Positions 12,401 through 24,207 of a DNA stretch of 64,000 nt are shown here, in pieces (within the stretch, counting starts at the first letter, position 1; the number at the start of each line of letters is the position of its first letter). Where the stretch lies: NCBI GenBank assembly GCA_043228905.1, contig JBHGNT010000014.1, forward strand, positions 19,468,001-19,532,000, read 5' to 3'. The position numbers were made by a program, and so were the translations under genes. This DNA is from Azolla caroliniana (Eukaryota; Plantae; Polypodiophyta). The notes under the pieces were generated by a model. The model did not search any database. It was not told where the DNA came from and saw only the letters and a program-made list of their open reading frames with translations.

Positions 12401-13339
12401 CAACAATGTCTAAAGGATCATCAATAATAGATCGAATTATGAGTTGTGAGTTACCGGTCGACTACAAACTCAAGCAATGAAGATTGAAGGCCAACCCATT
12501 CCATCAAGGTAAATAATTTCTTTAAATAAATGTAAGGAGTTTTTTTTAGATCAAGGAGAAAAAGAGGGAAGGTGCGATATGAGTTTCAACTTCTAAGTGA
12601 TCTCAAGGAAAAGTTGTCCCTATCCGTAAGTGTTTTTAGAGGATCAAATCGAGGAGAGAAATAGACAGGGTGCACACAAGCTCAATTTCTCTTCATTCAT
12701 CAAGGTGAGCCTCATCCAATGAAGGCTGTGAAGTTTATTTTGTAGATTTCCTAAAATTTTAGGAGAGAAATGGAGGGGTGTGGTGTGTGGGTGTGTGTTA
12801 GAATACTTTCCTCAACAATTTTTTTCTAATTCTCCGATTAAATGAACCACTCCCTCCATTCATCAAAGTAACTATCTTGAGAATAGATATTTTATCATCT
12901 ATAATGAGGTCAAATTTGACCCATGGGACCAAATCAACATAGGTGACTCCCCCTTATGAAGGGGGTTTACAACTCTATAGTAAAAGCTCTTGATGTGAAA
13001 ATTGTTGAGAATCAAACTCAACTTCCCTTAGTGTGTGAACACACCCCAAAAATACAAGTGAGTGGACACAACATCACCACTATGTAAGATAACTAATGTG
13101 TTATAGAACTTAACTCCTATGACACATAGTTATTATGTAGTTAAGTTTCCCACTCTTTCCCAAGAGGTAGTTGTAGTAAGAGATTGTAGAGAGAAGGTTA
13201 CTATACATATAAGCACCTTCTCCCCTCCTGTGTAAAATGTTGGTTGTTAATCATTCTTGTGAATACAGTTTTCCGTTTTTTTGTCTACTGTGTGTCGTCT
13301 CTCTCTCTCTCTCCCCCCCCCCCCCCCACACACACACAC

Positions 13340-13490
13340 CCTTCTATTTCATTTCCGCTGCATAGAATCATATACTTGATTCTTTATAAAAATAATGCAT
13401 GTACATATGTGCTCACTCTTCTTGGTGGAAATTTGGGTTTGACTCTCACATTATCATGTCTGTTTGACAAGTCAAGATTCACCTCGATAT
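13340..13490 (-). mobile_element. Short 3' fragment of an RTE/RTEX-like LINE
   Basis: Reverse complement resembles 37490-37590 (LDxHDNVxVxxNxPPRRxSTYVxALF). Confidence 0.5.
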
Positions 13491-14685
13491 TAATGGAAAG
13501 ATGCCCAAAGGCTACAAAGAACCCATACAATAAAATATAACCCTCCTCCCCACATCAACCAACATGGCTAGTAGCGGAAGCCCTCATGTAGGGTCCTTCC
13601 AAGACAGGGGGCGGAAAAAGCCATCTTGGTGGAGCAAATATCTATTTTATTCACTCCCCAAAAAAGTTGAAGATCTTTGGCTTTTTCCAAATTTCTCAAA
13701 AATGTTGTTGCTTACGAAACACAACATCAAGCTCACCAAGTATTGCCTCATATTGACCTCTTAGAGTATGGAATAACATCAACCATATCTCTTTGACTAA
13801 CTCAATTGCATTAAGTTTGACTTTCTGAAACACACATTTAAATATTGCTTTCCATAATACCCAAACTACTAAAGAAGATATTGTAGATCAAATCTTATCC
13901 TCTTCCAAACAACGAATTGGTGTAGTATAAGAGACCTCCAATACTTGTCTTCCATCGGTGAGGAGAAGGAAATCAACATACTCATTTTCATAATTTTGTA
14001 TTTCTTCAGCCAACCTTCCTCATCTCACAAAACCCCATGTGTACACTTGTTTACCATAAATAGGATACAAAATTCTCAACATTCCTTTCCAAACTACTCT
14101 AGCTATAGGATATACCCATAAAACATAGTGACATTTCCAATAAGCATCCAACCAAGAGTCTTGTACGTTACCCAATCTCCAAAATTTACAAGTTGTTGGC
14201 GTAACAACTACACACCTCCTTAGCAATTTTCTACCCATTTTTATCGAGTACTTAAAAAATGGGATTTGCTTACCTAACATTCCTTGCACTTATATGATTT
14301 GCCATTTCCACACACCAGGATCCCACAAAAGGTGATCAATGGGCTTATTCTCAGAGACCCACAATTAAGATAAACTATTTATTCATTTGGATGTGGATTC
14401 AACATCCATTTTTTATCGTTCTACCACAATGTACGAAAATGCACATATTCACTTGAGTTACAACTTCGTCTTCCATAAAGATAGAATGAAGCCGTCTAGA
14501 AGGCAAGACATCGAAATAAAGACAATCACGAGAGTTTTTATAACCCATGACTCCCAACAAGACATGTAATGATGAAAACATACCATACCAAAATAGACTA
14601 ATTTGAGAAGGCAGAATGGAAGACATTGTAACCACTCTATCCATTTTTGCATAGATAATGTTCCCTCCCCAAATTGTTCTACAAA

Positions 14686-15102
14686 TGTTAAGAATTACGT
14701 AAGTAATTAAGCAAGGGTTAATTAGTACCTAATTATGTGATTAGTTGATAAGCGGAAGATTATGTGATATGTGTGTGTGTGTGTGTGAGAGGAAGAGAGA
14801 GAGATACACTTATGAACAGCACAAGATGGAGGATGAGTAAGTATATTAACTTAGCATTATCACAATGAGGTATATATACATCTCATGTGCAAGGGTGCAC
14901 ATGTGTGAGTGGAATATAGGTACTAAGGTGTAAGTCCTATATTAAATGTACTTAGGAGTGGAGGATCTAGAATATCCCACTTAAGTACAAGGTCCTATTT
15001 AAGATGTTATAGTCAACACTTCTAACTAGATTCTATCTAGGTAACTACGAAGTTACATGGTTGACTAACTAACTAAACTAAGTTGAGCTTGATCTCTCAA
15101 CA
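14686..15102. mobile_element. Solo LTR (417 bp) nested in the LINE
   Basis: TGTTAAGA...TCTCAACA termini, exact TSD ACAAA (14681-14685, 15103-15107). Confidence 0.85.
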
Positions 15103-15260
15103 ACAAACATGGGTTTTGTTTTCCATCGTCGAAGAAGAAAAAATCAACTAATTTCTTATTGATCCAGCTTCTCCTGTATCAAAATCAACCTAGTTCTTTT
15201 AACATTACCCCCTCCTCTGATAGAAATAATGGGTTCATTCTGGGGGAATCACTACCATTC

Positions 15261-15758
15261 TGTCACGGACATGACAACAGTCATGTCAAGATTCAAACCA
15301 TTCACCTCTTGTATATAGTCAAGTGTTGTCAAGTGTTATGTTCTAACCAACACATCCAAATACATAGTCATGTTATGTATATCTTAATATATCATTATTG
15401 GATTATCTATTTCAAGGTCTAGGAGTTTTTAGAAAGTTCTAGAACTAGAAGGTTAGACTAGAGGGTTCTGGAATATTCTCCCAAATAGTCTAATGCATGT
15501 AATTCAACTCGCAGTATAAATACTTGTAATGTCTTTAGTCCCTTTCAAGGGATTCAACACCAGTCATTGACACATCAAACTAGTATTCTCGTTTCATTCC
15601 ATCTTGTCTCCTTCTTTATCTCTGTCTTCATGTTCTCATGTCTCTCACAACTTCTAGAGTTCCTAGCCTCGTCACTTCTAGCTCCAAGTTCGTAGCCCGT
15701 TGATTGTAGCCTCGTCATCCGTGCTCCGTTGTAGTCCGCAGTTGGTGTGTCCGTGACA
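15261..15758 (+). mobile_element. Solo LTR (498 bp) nested in the LINE, related to the 1022-1325 LTR family
   Basis: 11-bp TIR TGTCACGGACA/TGTCCGTGACA, exact TSD CATTC, TATAAATA near 15516, shared TCAACACCAGTC motif, HSE-like triplets at 15432-15444 and 15466-15478. Confidence 0.9.
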
Positions 15759-17759
15759 CATTCCTCCATACATGATGGTAGAGATTGGACCAAGTTATGT
15801 TTCAAATCCCACCATGCCTTCATGATACCCCTAAAAAACTTATCCTGGCGAAAAATATCAATGGAATGATTAAAATCTCTTAAAAACCACCATCTAATAC
15901 TATTTTGCCAGTTGCCACATGTAGAAGGCATAACCTTACCATTCAGTGGCTTAAGATTTTTTTCCATCGCTCTCCACTTGGCAACAAGCCTCTTATAATA
16001 AAATTTCCCAAAAAAACCATACATTGCAATAGATGATCAATCAATCCAAGACCACCCTCATCCTTTGGAGTTGTAATTATAACTTTCCAAGATACTTTGG
16101 CTCTCACATATGAACAATCTTTAGATCTCCAAAGGAAATTTCTAATAAGCCTTTGAACATAAGCAAGCTGACAAAATGTACCACATGGAAGCCATCAATA
16201 CTTGATTGGTGACAACAACCCTATCTACCAATGACAATTTAGCAACATTCCAAGATAACAATTTCTTCCTTATAACATTCTAGCAAAAGGTTAATACCTA
16301 CCCGACATCCTAAGTATCTTATAGGTTTACCATGTAGAATCCATTGAAACCCTTCATGTTGATACCACAAGGGGTTTACTGTAGTATTTACCTAGAAACC
16401 CACCGACTTATTCCAATTAATAATAGTTCCAAAAGCATGGCAAAATATATAAATTGTCTGCTGTACTCTACACAAATTATTGTGAGAACCTTGCAAATAT
16501 AGGGTTGTATCATTAGCAAATTGACAATCCACAATTTGCTCCTCTAACCAAGGCCATTGTGGTCCTTTTATATTCACAACATTACTTATAAGAAAACTAA
16601 TAAAAGCTTCTCAAATAATCAAATGTAAAAAAGGATATAATGGACATCCATGTCTCATTGATCTCAAAATTGAAAATGCTTCGCGCATTGTCGTACGAAT
16701 AAACATTATAAGCCTCACTGTCTTAAGAAATGGAACTTTAGTTGAAAGCACCGTTAGCCATTTGAGAGCATTCTCGCCTCTGAGAATAAGACGAGATAGT
16801 GAGTCGTTCCCGCTCTCCAGTTAGTGATGAATTTGGCGGCTTTTCCAGCAGCAGTGGAACGAAACATCAGTCCACATTGATCTAACCAAGCGGAGACAAC
16901 TGTTAACCATTGATTAGGAAAACCTAGCTTTTCCATGGTGCCCCTCAAAAAAGACCAATCTACCCCCAATCTACCCTATCATAAATCTTTTCAAAATCCA
17001 ACAATAAGATAACCAAATCCTCTTTCCTTTCTTGTGAAATTGCAACCGCTTCCCAAAATAAGAAAATGTTAATATCCAATATACTCCTATCTTGTAAGAA
17101 CTCTATTTGGGTGTTATGAATGATATCTGTTAAAAAAGGCTACTATCTCATAGCCAACAACTTAACATATATTTTGTAAATAGTATTCAATATAGTAATA
17201 GATTGCCACTTCATAATATCAACCACTACCCCTTCCAACTTCGGAATAAGACATATCATACCTTCTGCCCATTTACATGGCATAATTCCAATGTCAAACA
17301 CCTCTTGGAATGCGACAATAATGTCGTTCCCAATAATTTCAGAAAAAATCTGTCGAAAGCCTATCAGTACCGGCGCATACATGGGAGCCAATTGCATCCA
17401 AAGCAACCATTAATTCAAAAATCGAAATTGGCTTATCCAAAACAATTGTCATATGTAGTGAAACCTATGCATGCATGGTCTGCCACACACATCTACGGCT
17501 CTCCAATTGATCAAGTGTACAACATTGAGCGGGCAATAAATTGCTATAAAACTACTTGCGAATTACCTTATACATTGAGCATGTGATAAGTAAGAAGAGG
17601 GTTTTCTTCACTAAATGTATTAACACGGTGGCAAATCACATGTTTTTTTCTCATGAAAAAATATCCTCCATTGGTATTAAAATTAAAGTGGCTAGACTAC
17701 TACAATATACAAAATAGTCCAATATTACAATGAATAGTGTATACCCGTGCCAAACGACC

Positions 17760-17960
17760 CTAGTCAATCTTTCTAGGTAAAGATAAACATAAGTTGTCAA
17801 ATACTTCTTGTGCTTTGACAATTACGCCACATTTTACATACATATCCGCTAAAGCAGTGTCGACAACTAGATCCCTTTCTAATATTCCCTCTCTGGCAAT
17901 GACAACATGTATTTCTTGGTCCTTATCTGCAGCTTGCATGCTTTGAGAAACTTTCAACAC
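17760..17960 (-). pseudogene. PLS-PPR gene fragment
   Basis: IHVVIAREGILERDLVVDTALADMYVKCGVIVKAQEVFDNL is one L-S motif pair, isolated and truncated. Confidence 0.7.
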
Positions 17961-18459
17961 GGAAACAAATCACATACATACTTGTTGTAGATGATCCATT
18001 TGGATAAAGCCTATATGAAGTGATAACCGATAAAAAATGGTCAAGAGGGGAGGCTTTAGATGAAGCGCCCCGGCTTATGACCTAAAAGTTGGTTCATTAT
18101 ATTAGAGGCAAGATAAACCCTTCAAACAAAAGGAATGAAGTTCCAATCCTTTTAAGGAACTCAATCCCAGTTTTGTATATGAGGTGTTGAAGAGAGGCTA
18201 TTTTCATAAATTGCCTATAAATTGAGTAGCCTGAGCTCAAAATCCTTCCCCGATCATTTTTCTCGAGTCTCTATTATTCACTCCTAGCCTATTATGCATC
18301 TGCGGAGAGAAACTGATGCAGGGCCGAAGGCCTTTTTGATCAATGTTTTACAAATTGAGCCGGGAACCTCTGTATCACAATTGTGGAAACGTGTCTGAAA
18401 GTTCCTCCACATCCATCAGGTTTGGAAGCAAGATCAAGCATATTTCTGGAATTGGGTGA

Positions 18460-18990
18460 AGAATTTTTTATATGAGGACCATTGCCAAATTGCTATATTT
18501 TGTACAATTTAATGTAATTAAAATCTCCCAAATTCTATTTTCTGTTCATAATTTGGTATAAATACCATAGCCCAATTGCTAATTTATGCAAATTTTGATG
18601 CGAATACTATCATCTAACTTTTATTTTTTGCGAAGTTTGGTATTAATATCATTGTCCAATGGCTTCCAACGTTTTAATGTAAATAGTAAATACCATTTCT
18701 TAATTGCTATTTTTTATTATTAATTCGATATAAATGCCATTGCCCATTTGCAACATTAGTTTTTTCATATTTTTTATATGAAAAGTATTACCTGATTGAT
18801 TTTCTTTTGCATATTTTTATGCAAATACCATCATCAAATCCTCGTATTTTTGCATAATGTGATGTCGATACCATTGCCCAATTGTGTATTTTTTGTATAT
18901 TTGGATGTGAATACCATCGCCTTGTCATGTAATTTTTTGTTTAGTTTTATGTAAACACTATCACCCAATTTCTACTTTGGCATCAAAGAA
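18460..18990. repeat. Degenerate ~55-60-bp tandem array in a putative 5' intron (GT 18420 ... AG 19012/19015) of the PPR gene
   Basis: Recurring AATACCAT(T/C)GCCCAATTG...TTTTGCA..ATTT..AT units. Confidence 0.65.
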
Positions 18991-19017
18991 TGATTTATTG
19001 CTCCTTTCACAGCAGAT

Positions 19018-21669
19018 ATGGTAGCTCTTCAACATGCCATAATTGCTTCATTAGAGGGGATACCTATAGATGTCCCTTCTGTTGATGCCTTTATATGTGA
19101 GATTGAATATGCAAGGAAAGAGAAGAGAATAGTTCATGCTGACAGAGTTAATTTTCATATTTGTAGCAATGGACTTGATAAATTTGAAGCAATTTCTAGT
19201 TATTTGGTTCACATGTATGTGGATTGTAGAAGCTTATCTTGTGCAAAGCAATTATTTAATAGATCTTCTTGGAACGAGAGGTCTTGGGCTCATCTTGTTG
19301 ATGGATATACTAGACTCGGGATGCCATATCATGCCCACTATGTTGCATTCAGTTACATACTAGAGCTCGGTGTCCATCTCAATCACAGTGCCTCTTTTAT
19401 AACTTTCTTTCATGGATGTGCCAAGTTCAAATGTATTGAGCAAGGCCGAATGCTTCATATGGAGATGGTAAAAAAGAATATATTTGAAGAGAATCTTGCA
19501 ATAATAAGTGCTTTGGTAGATATGTACTCGAAATGTGGCCACATAGATGAGGCCCAAGATGTGTTCAAATGCTCGCCCTCTCATGATGTAGTGTTGTGGA
19601 CAATGTTGATGAGAGGTTTCCTTGAATGCGGATTTGCGAAGAAAGCACTAGATTGCTTTGATGATATGTGGCTAGAAGGAGTAGTTCCAGATGTGGTAAC
19701 ATATGTTTGTAGTCTGAAAGCATGTGGAATGATTGAAGCTCTTACAAAGAGCCGAGATCTACATGCGGAGATAGTGAAATTTGGGCTTGACAGTGATCTT
19801 TTTGTTGGAAATGCATTGGTGGCAGTGTATGCAAAATGTGGCATTGTTGAAGAAGGACATGAAATCTTCAATAAACTAGCATTTCATGATGTAATTTCAT
19901 GGAATGCACTCATCAGTGGATATAACGGAAAGGGTTATTTCAAAGATGCTATTTGCTGTTTGAATATGATGAATCATGAAATTTCTGTAGCTACTTCTAT
20001 CACATTTGTTGGTGGTTTGAAAGCTTGTAGTGGAATACGTGACATTCAAAAGGGACAAGAGCTACATGACAGGATCATAAAAGCTGGGTTCGATGAAAAG
20101 TTAGAAGTTGGAAATGCTTTGGTGGGAATGTATTGTGCATGTGGTTTAATTTTAGAGGCATGCAATGTGTTTGATGGCCTATCGATTCGGGATGTAATCT
20201 CATGGACTATACTTAGTTCAGGGTATGCCGAACATGGGTATGCTGAAGAAGCTCTTCATTGCTTTGAGAGAATGCATTTTGAGGGTATAGTTCCTGATGT
20301 TCCGATTTATGTATCTTGCTTAAACGCTTGTGCGAGCCTCAACAGTTCAGTAAAGGGGTTTGATTTGCATAATTGTGTCATTGTAGAGGGCATCGAATCT
20401 GAAGGATTTATTAGTAATAAATTGATGGATATGTATATGAAATGTGGCTTGTTTGCAGAAGCTGAAAACATATTTCAACACATGCAGGGTCGAGATACTG
20501 TGTCATGGAATGTGATCATATCAGGGTATGTTGAGCACGGGCTTTATGAAGAAGCTTTGGATTATCTTGAAAAAATGTACGATGAGGGTGTCTCACCTAA
20601 TGTTTTCACTTACATTTATAATCTGAGAGCTTGCGGACTACTAGAGAAGGGCCAAAAGGTGCATTCCCAGGTTGTCCAACAGGGTTATGAGGGAGATACT
20701 TTGCTAGGAAGTTCTATCATAGACATGTACATTACATTTGGTGCACTCGTGGATGCACGAGAAGTGTTTGATGAGATGCCTTCACAGGATAGGCTCTCGT
20801 GGATGGCACTCCTTACTGGATATGCTCAATCTGGCTTTGATGAGGAAGCCCTTCAATGCTTACTAGAGATGCAAGCTGATGGTGCATTTCCCGATGAAAC
20901 CGCGTGGGCTTCTCTCATTATCTGTGATCTACAAAAAGGAAAGAGTGAGAATGTATTCCTACTTTATGCTCAAATGCAAGATCAAGGGTTGCTTCCAAAC
21001 GTTGCGACTCTTGTGGGTATCCTAATTGCATGTGGAGATGTGGCCTCCTTGAGAATAGGTAGGCAAATTCATACATCAGTTTATAGAATGGGACATATTT
21101 CCCATTTGATGCTTGCCAATGCACTCATTGACATGTATTGTAGGTGCGGAAGCATTAAGGAAGGTGAATATATTTTTGAAGCTCTTCCATGTAGGGACAT
21201 TGTCACATGGAATACGATGATAACCGGCTATGCTCGACATGGTGAGAGTGATAGTCTTTTCTATATGCTAGATAGGATGAGAATGGAAGGAATGAACCTT
21301 GACGGAATCACACTTTTAAACACTCTAACGGTGTGTGCTCATGATGGTCTTGTCAATGAGGGTCAGAAGTTTTTCCATATTGTAATAGATTCATATGTCA
21401 CCTTGACAAGTATTAAGCATCATCATTGCATGGCTGATCTCCTTGGACGTGCCGGCCAAATGAAAGAAGCCATAGAAATATTGGAAAAGATGCCCTTTCA
21501 AGATGATCTTGTGACATGGTCAACTATGTTGAATGCTTTTAACAAGCGAGGACATCTAGACCTTGGAAGAGAGGCATTTGAAAGTGCTCTAAGAGTGGAG
21601 AAAACACATTCAGGATTGTTTATTTTGATGTCAAACATACTTGCACAGAACCATTCTTTGGAAGGTTAG
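19018..21669 (+). CDS. PLS-class pentatricopeptide repeat protein, E-type (no DYW), 883 aa
   Basis: Repeated P-L-S triplets (LVDMYSKCG, DVISWNALISGY, VTYVCSLKAC), then P2-L2-S2 (HHCMADLLGRAG) and E1. The ORF ends early in E2. Confidence 0.93.
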   Translation: MVALQHAIIASLEGIPIDVPSVDAFICEIEYARKEKRIVHADRVNFHICSNGLDKFEAISSYLVHMYVDCRSLSCAKQLFNRSSWNERSWAHLVDGYTRLGMPYHAHYVAFSYILELGVHLNHSASFITFFHGCAKFKCIEQGRMLHMEMVKKNIFEENLAIISALVDMYSKCGHIDEAQDVFKCSPSHDVVLWTMLMRGFLECGFAKKALDCFDDMWLEGVVPDVVTYVCSLKACGMIEALTKSRDLHAEIVKFGLDSDLFVGNALVAVYAKCGIVEEGHEIFNKLAFHDVISWNALISGYNGKGYFKDAICCLNMMNHEISVATSITFVGGLKACSGIRDIQKGQELHDRIIKAGFDEKLEVGNALVGMYCACGLILEACNVFDGLSIRDVISWTILSSGYAEHGYAEEALHCFERMHFEGIVPDVPIYVSCLNACASLNSSVKGFDLHNCVIVEGIESEGFISNKLMDMYMKCGLFAEAENIFQHMQGRDTVSWNVIISGYVEHGLYEEALDYLEKMYDEGVSPNVFTYIYNLRACGLLEKGQKVHSQVVQQGYEGDTLLGSSIIDMYITFGALVDAREVFDEMPSQDRLSWMALLTGYAQSGFDEEALQCLLEMQADGAFPDETAWASLIICDLQKGKSENVFLLYAQMQDQGLLPNVATLVGILIACGDVASLRIGRQIHTSVYRMGHISHLMLANALIDMYCRCGSIKEGEYIFEALPCRDIVTWNTMITGYARHGESDSLFYMLDRMRMEGMNLDGITLLNTLTVCAHDGLVNEGQKFFHIVIDSYVTLTSIKHHHCMADLLGRAGQMKEAIEILEKMPFQDDLVTWSTMLNAFNKRGHLDLGREAFESALRVEKTHSGLFILMSNILAQNHSLEG

Positions 21670-23805
21670 GAATAGTGACTAAACCTTTCCTTCCAAGCAG
21701 TTTGAGATTCAAATGAAATAGAGCATGTGGTGAAGAAAGTTACACACATGGTGGAGTTACAAAGCTGGTAGAGTATGTGTTCAAAACATTACATGCATAC
21801 ATTTCGTGTCAAGATTGAGGGGGAAATGGTTTTGCATGTATATCTATTCTATGTCCCTATGTTTATATTGTGAGGGTGAGTCAATGCCCTAGTGTACTAA
21901 TAGTATAGCAAAAAGCAAGTCATATATTTCCCCCAAATTATGTACAATGTTCAATGATGATGTTGACTTGGATGCAGCCTTCATTTGTCCCATTGACTGG
22001 TCTATTGTTTCTAGTGCACTGGTGTCAAGAACACTGGTATTAAGTTATATAAAAAAACATGTAAATTTTGGAATGATAACTTTTACAATGATTGCATCAT
22101 TGATTACTAACACTACATTGATTATCATAAACCGTTGTTGGTCATGACAACGGTGGCTAATACTTGGGTTCAGTGGCAATTGGTTGGGATTGGCTGATGT
22201 GGTCAGTCTACATGTGTGTGTGTGAACACTGATTCAAATGTCGATTCGTTGAAAATGGTCAGTTTGGCGTTATTGTTGCCAATAAGGCTGCCAACAACTT
22301 GACCCGGTTTGATGCCATGGACCTTAGGGCTGGTTGTGTCGTGTCACCTTGGTTGGTGAAGTCAAACGGTATTTTGTCCTTTCGGGGGGCTAGATATTGT
22401 TAAGTGGTTTTGGTGGCGAAGTTACTTTATCTTCGAAAAAGTATGTTGGGGCGAATGTTGGTTCCATGTGTAATGACAACGACGATGACGACGACAACTC
22501 TATTCACATCATGGAGTTGGGGAATGTTCCCTTATAGAAATTGAGGGAAACTTTGGTGGAACAATATAGTGTTCACCGCAGAGTGGTAAAAAGATCAATG
22601 TTGCATCTTATTCATCTTGGAGTGACGAATATTAGACTTGAGTAATGAGCTATTTCTAGGTTATTTGATGTAGCATAATAACACAAATTAGTGTAAGGGG
22701 GGTTCTAGGTCCAAGAAAGAGGACAACTAGATGTGGCAACCCCCTATATTGATCCAACGTTACACTTAGTGTCCATAGAACTACAAACACAACTCCCTAA
22801 TAAACAATTCACGTCATCATTCCCACAATTTTAGCTCACATTCTCGTCGTCATTTTAGATCATGCATTGGCGCACTAATGAGAAGGGTCATGGAACATAC
22901 ACATTTTGGCAAGTTTGCAACTTTGAGCTTCACATTCTATGATAGCGCTCCTAACTTCGATGGTATCCGAGCTTAGATTTCCACCCATTTTGAACTAAGA
23001 TCTATGTCTCTACCCCCTAGCTATCTCGCTCAAAGCCAATTATCTATTCTATGCACACTACATGAAAATGTATACCCCATATATCCCGCCAAGTGATGGT
23101 GTGTTGTTGATAGCTATGAATCCCCCAAAAAACATGTGGCCATGAGAAAATTCAAAGGTACCATACATACATAGAATGCTCAGAACCATGTTGGGGGTGT
23201 TATGAGCCAAACGTATCGGTGTGTATTAAAAGTGCATTTCTTGACATATGATGAGCGAACGATGCAATCGAAGAAGAAGGAGGGCAAGGTGGCAGTGTGT
23301 TATATTAGGTTAATTTCCGAGAAAGAACGCGGACAAATTTGGGTGGGTTTTATAAAATCAAGTTTTGGGGGAAGGGTATTTAAAGAAAAGGGAGGCAATG
23401 AGGAGGAGGGGCATCGGTTGTAATTATCCCAAAACTCAAGAAAACCACCTCCAACCAGCTGTTTTTATTTCGAACCAGGGCTTCCCTTTTTTCTAAAAGG
23501 AAAGGCCCAAAAAAACCGCCGTTCTGAAAAACCACCGGTTTGTTTTTTTACCCTAACAGGGGAGGGAGGTATTGAGAACAAACAAATGGCAGGGTTGGGA
23601 AACCGCTGTTTCTGGAAGCCCCCCGCCCAAAAAAAGAGAGGGGCGCCCAAAACAGACAACGAGAAGAAGAAGAAGAAGATAACAGAGACCCCCCCCCCCC
23701 CCCCCCCCCCTGTCTCTCCCCTTTTCCACCCACAAAAATTACAACTACAAATACAACCCCAGAATCTTTCAATATTATTATTGTTATTCCCTTTGATCGT
23801 TATCC

Positions 23806-24207
23806 ATGGCTGCTATAAGAGCTCAAAACCCTAATACCACATCCTCTTCACCACCACCATCATCATCATCATCATCATGGGTGTTTGCTCAATACAGTAA
23901 CCATGATGAGGTTATACTAAATTATGATGGTCATGATAATAAGGTAGTTAATGAAGAGCTGCAGAGCTGTCCCGAGATGAGGAACCAGTATGGCTATGGC
24001 TATGGCTATGGCTATGGTTATGGCTATGGCTATGGTGATGGCTGGGGAGTAAGAATAAATGTGGCCATGGTTGTGCTGATGGCATTTCTAGTGTTAACTT
24101 TGCCTATCTTCTTACCCCCATTGCCACCTCCTCCATTGCCAATCCTACTCATCCCCATCATCATTGTGCTTCTCCTGATCCTTGCCATGATACCAACTCT
24201 GTCTTGA
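23806..24207 (+). CDS. ARGOS/ARL/OSR-family small membrane protein, 133 aa
   Basis: C-terminal OSR/TPT signature TM-LPPLPPPP-TM (VVLMAFLVLTLPIFLPPLPPPPLPILLIPIIIVLLLILAM). Single exon. Confidence 0.8.
   Translation: MAAIRAQNPNTTSSSPPPSSSSSSWVFAQYSNHDEVILNYDGHDNKVVNEELQSCPEMRNQYGYGYGYGYGYGYGYGDGWGVRINVAMVVLMAFLVLTLPIFLPPLPPPPLPILLIPIIIVLLLILAMIPTLS

Larger units (their letters stand above)
13560..17440 (-). mobile_element. Decayed L1-type LINE ORF2 (RT to C-terminus) with nested insertions
   Basis: ICLIPKLEG..KWQSITILNTIYKIYVKLLAMR; LLLDFEKIYDRVDWSFL..MEKLGFP; RHGCPL; QFANDTTLYL; INWNKS; EGGLGLIDHL. Frameshifts and stops throughout. Confidence 0.9.

Noticed and set aside
9420-13200. AT-rich region with short ORFs
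   Set aside because: No recognisable motifs, termini or splice-consistent model; probably old TE debris.
15575-16024. 149-aa ORF
   Set aside because: Chimeric read-through from decayed LINE ORF2 into the antisense strand of a solo LTR.
16780-16890. Possible C/D snoRNA (GTGATGA motif)
   Set aside because: No downstream CTGA box D or terminal stem on that strand, and no recognisable snRNA similarity.
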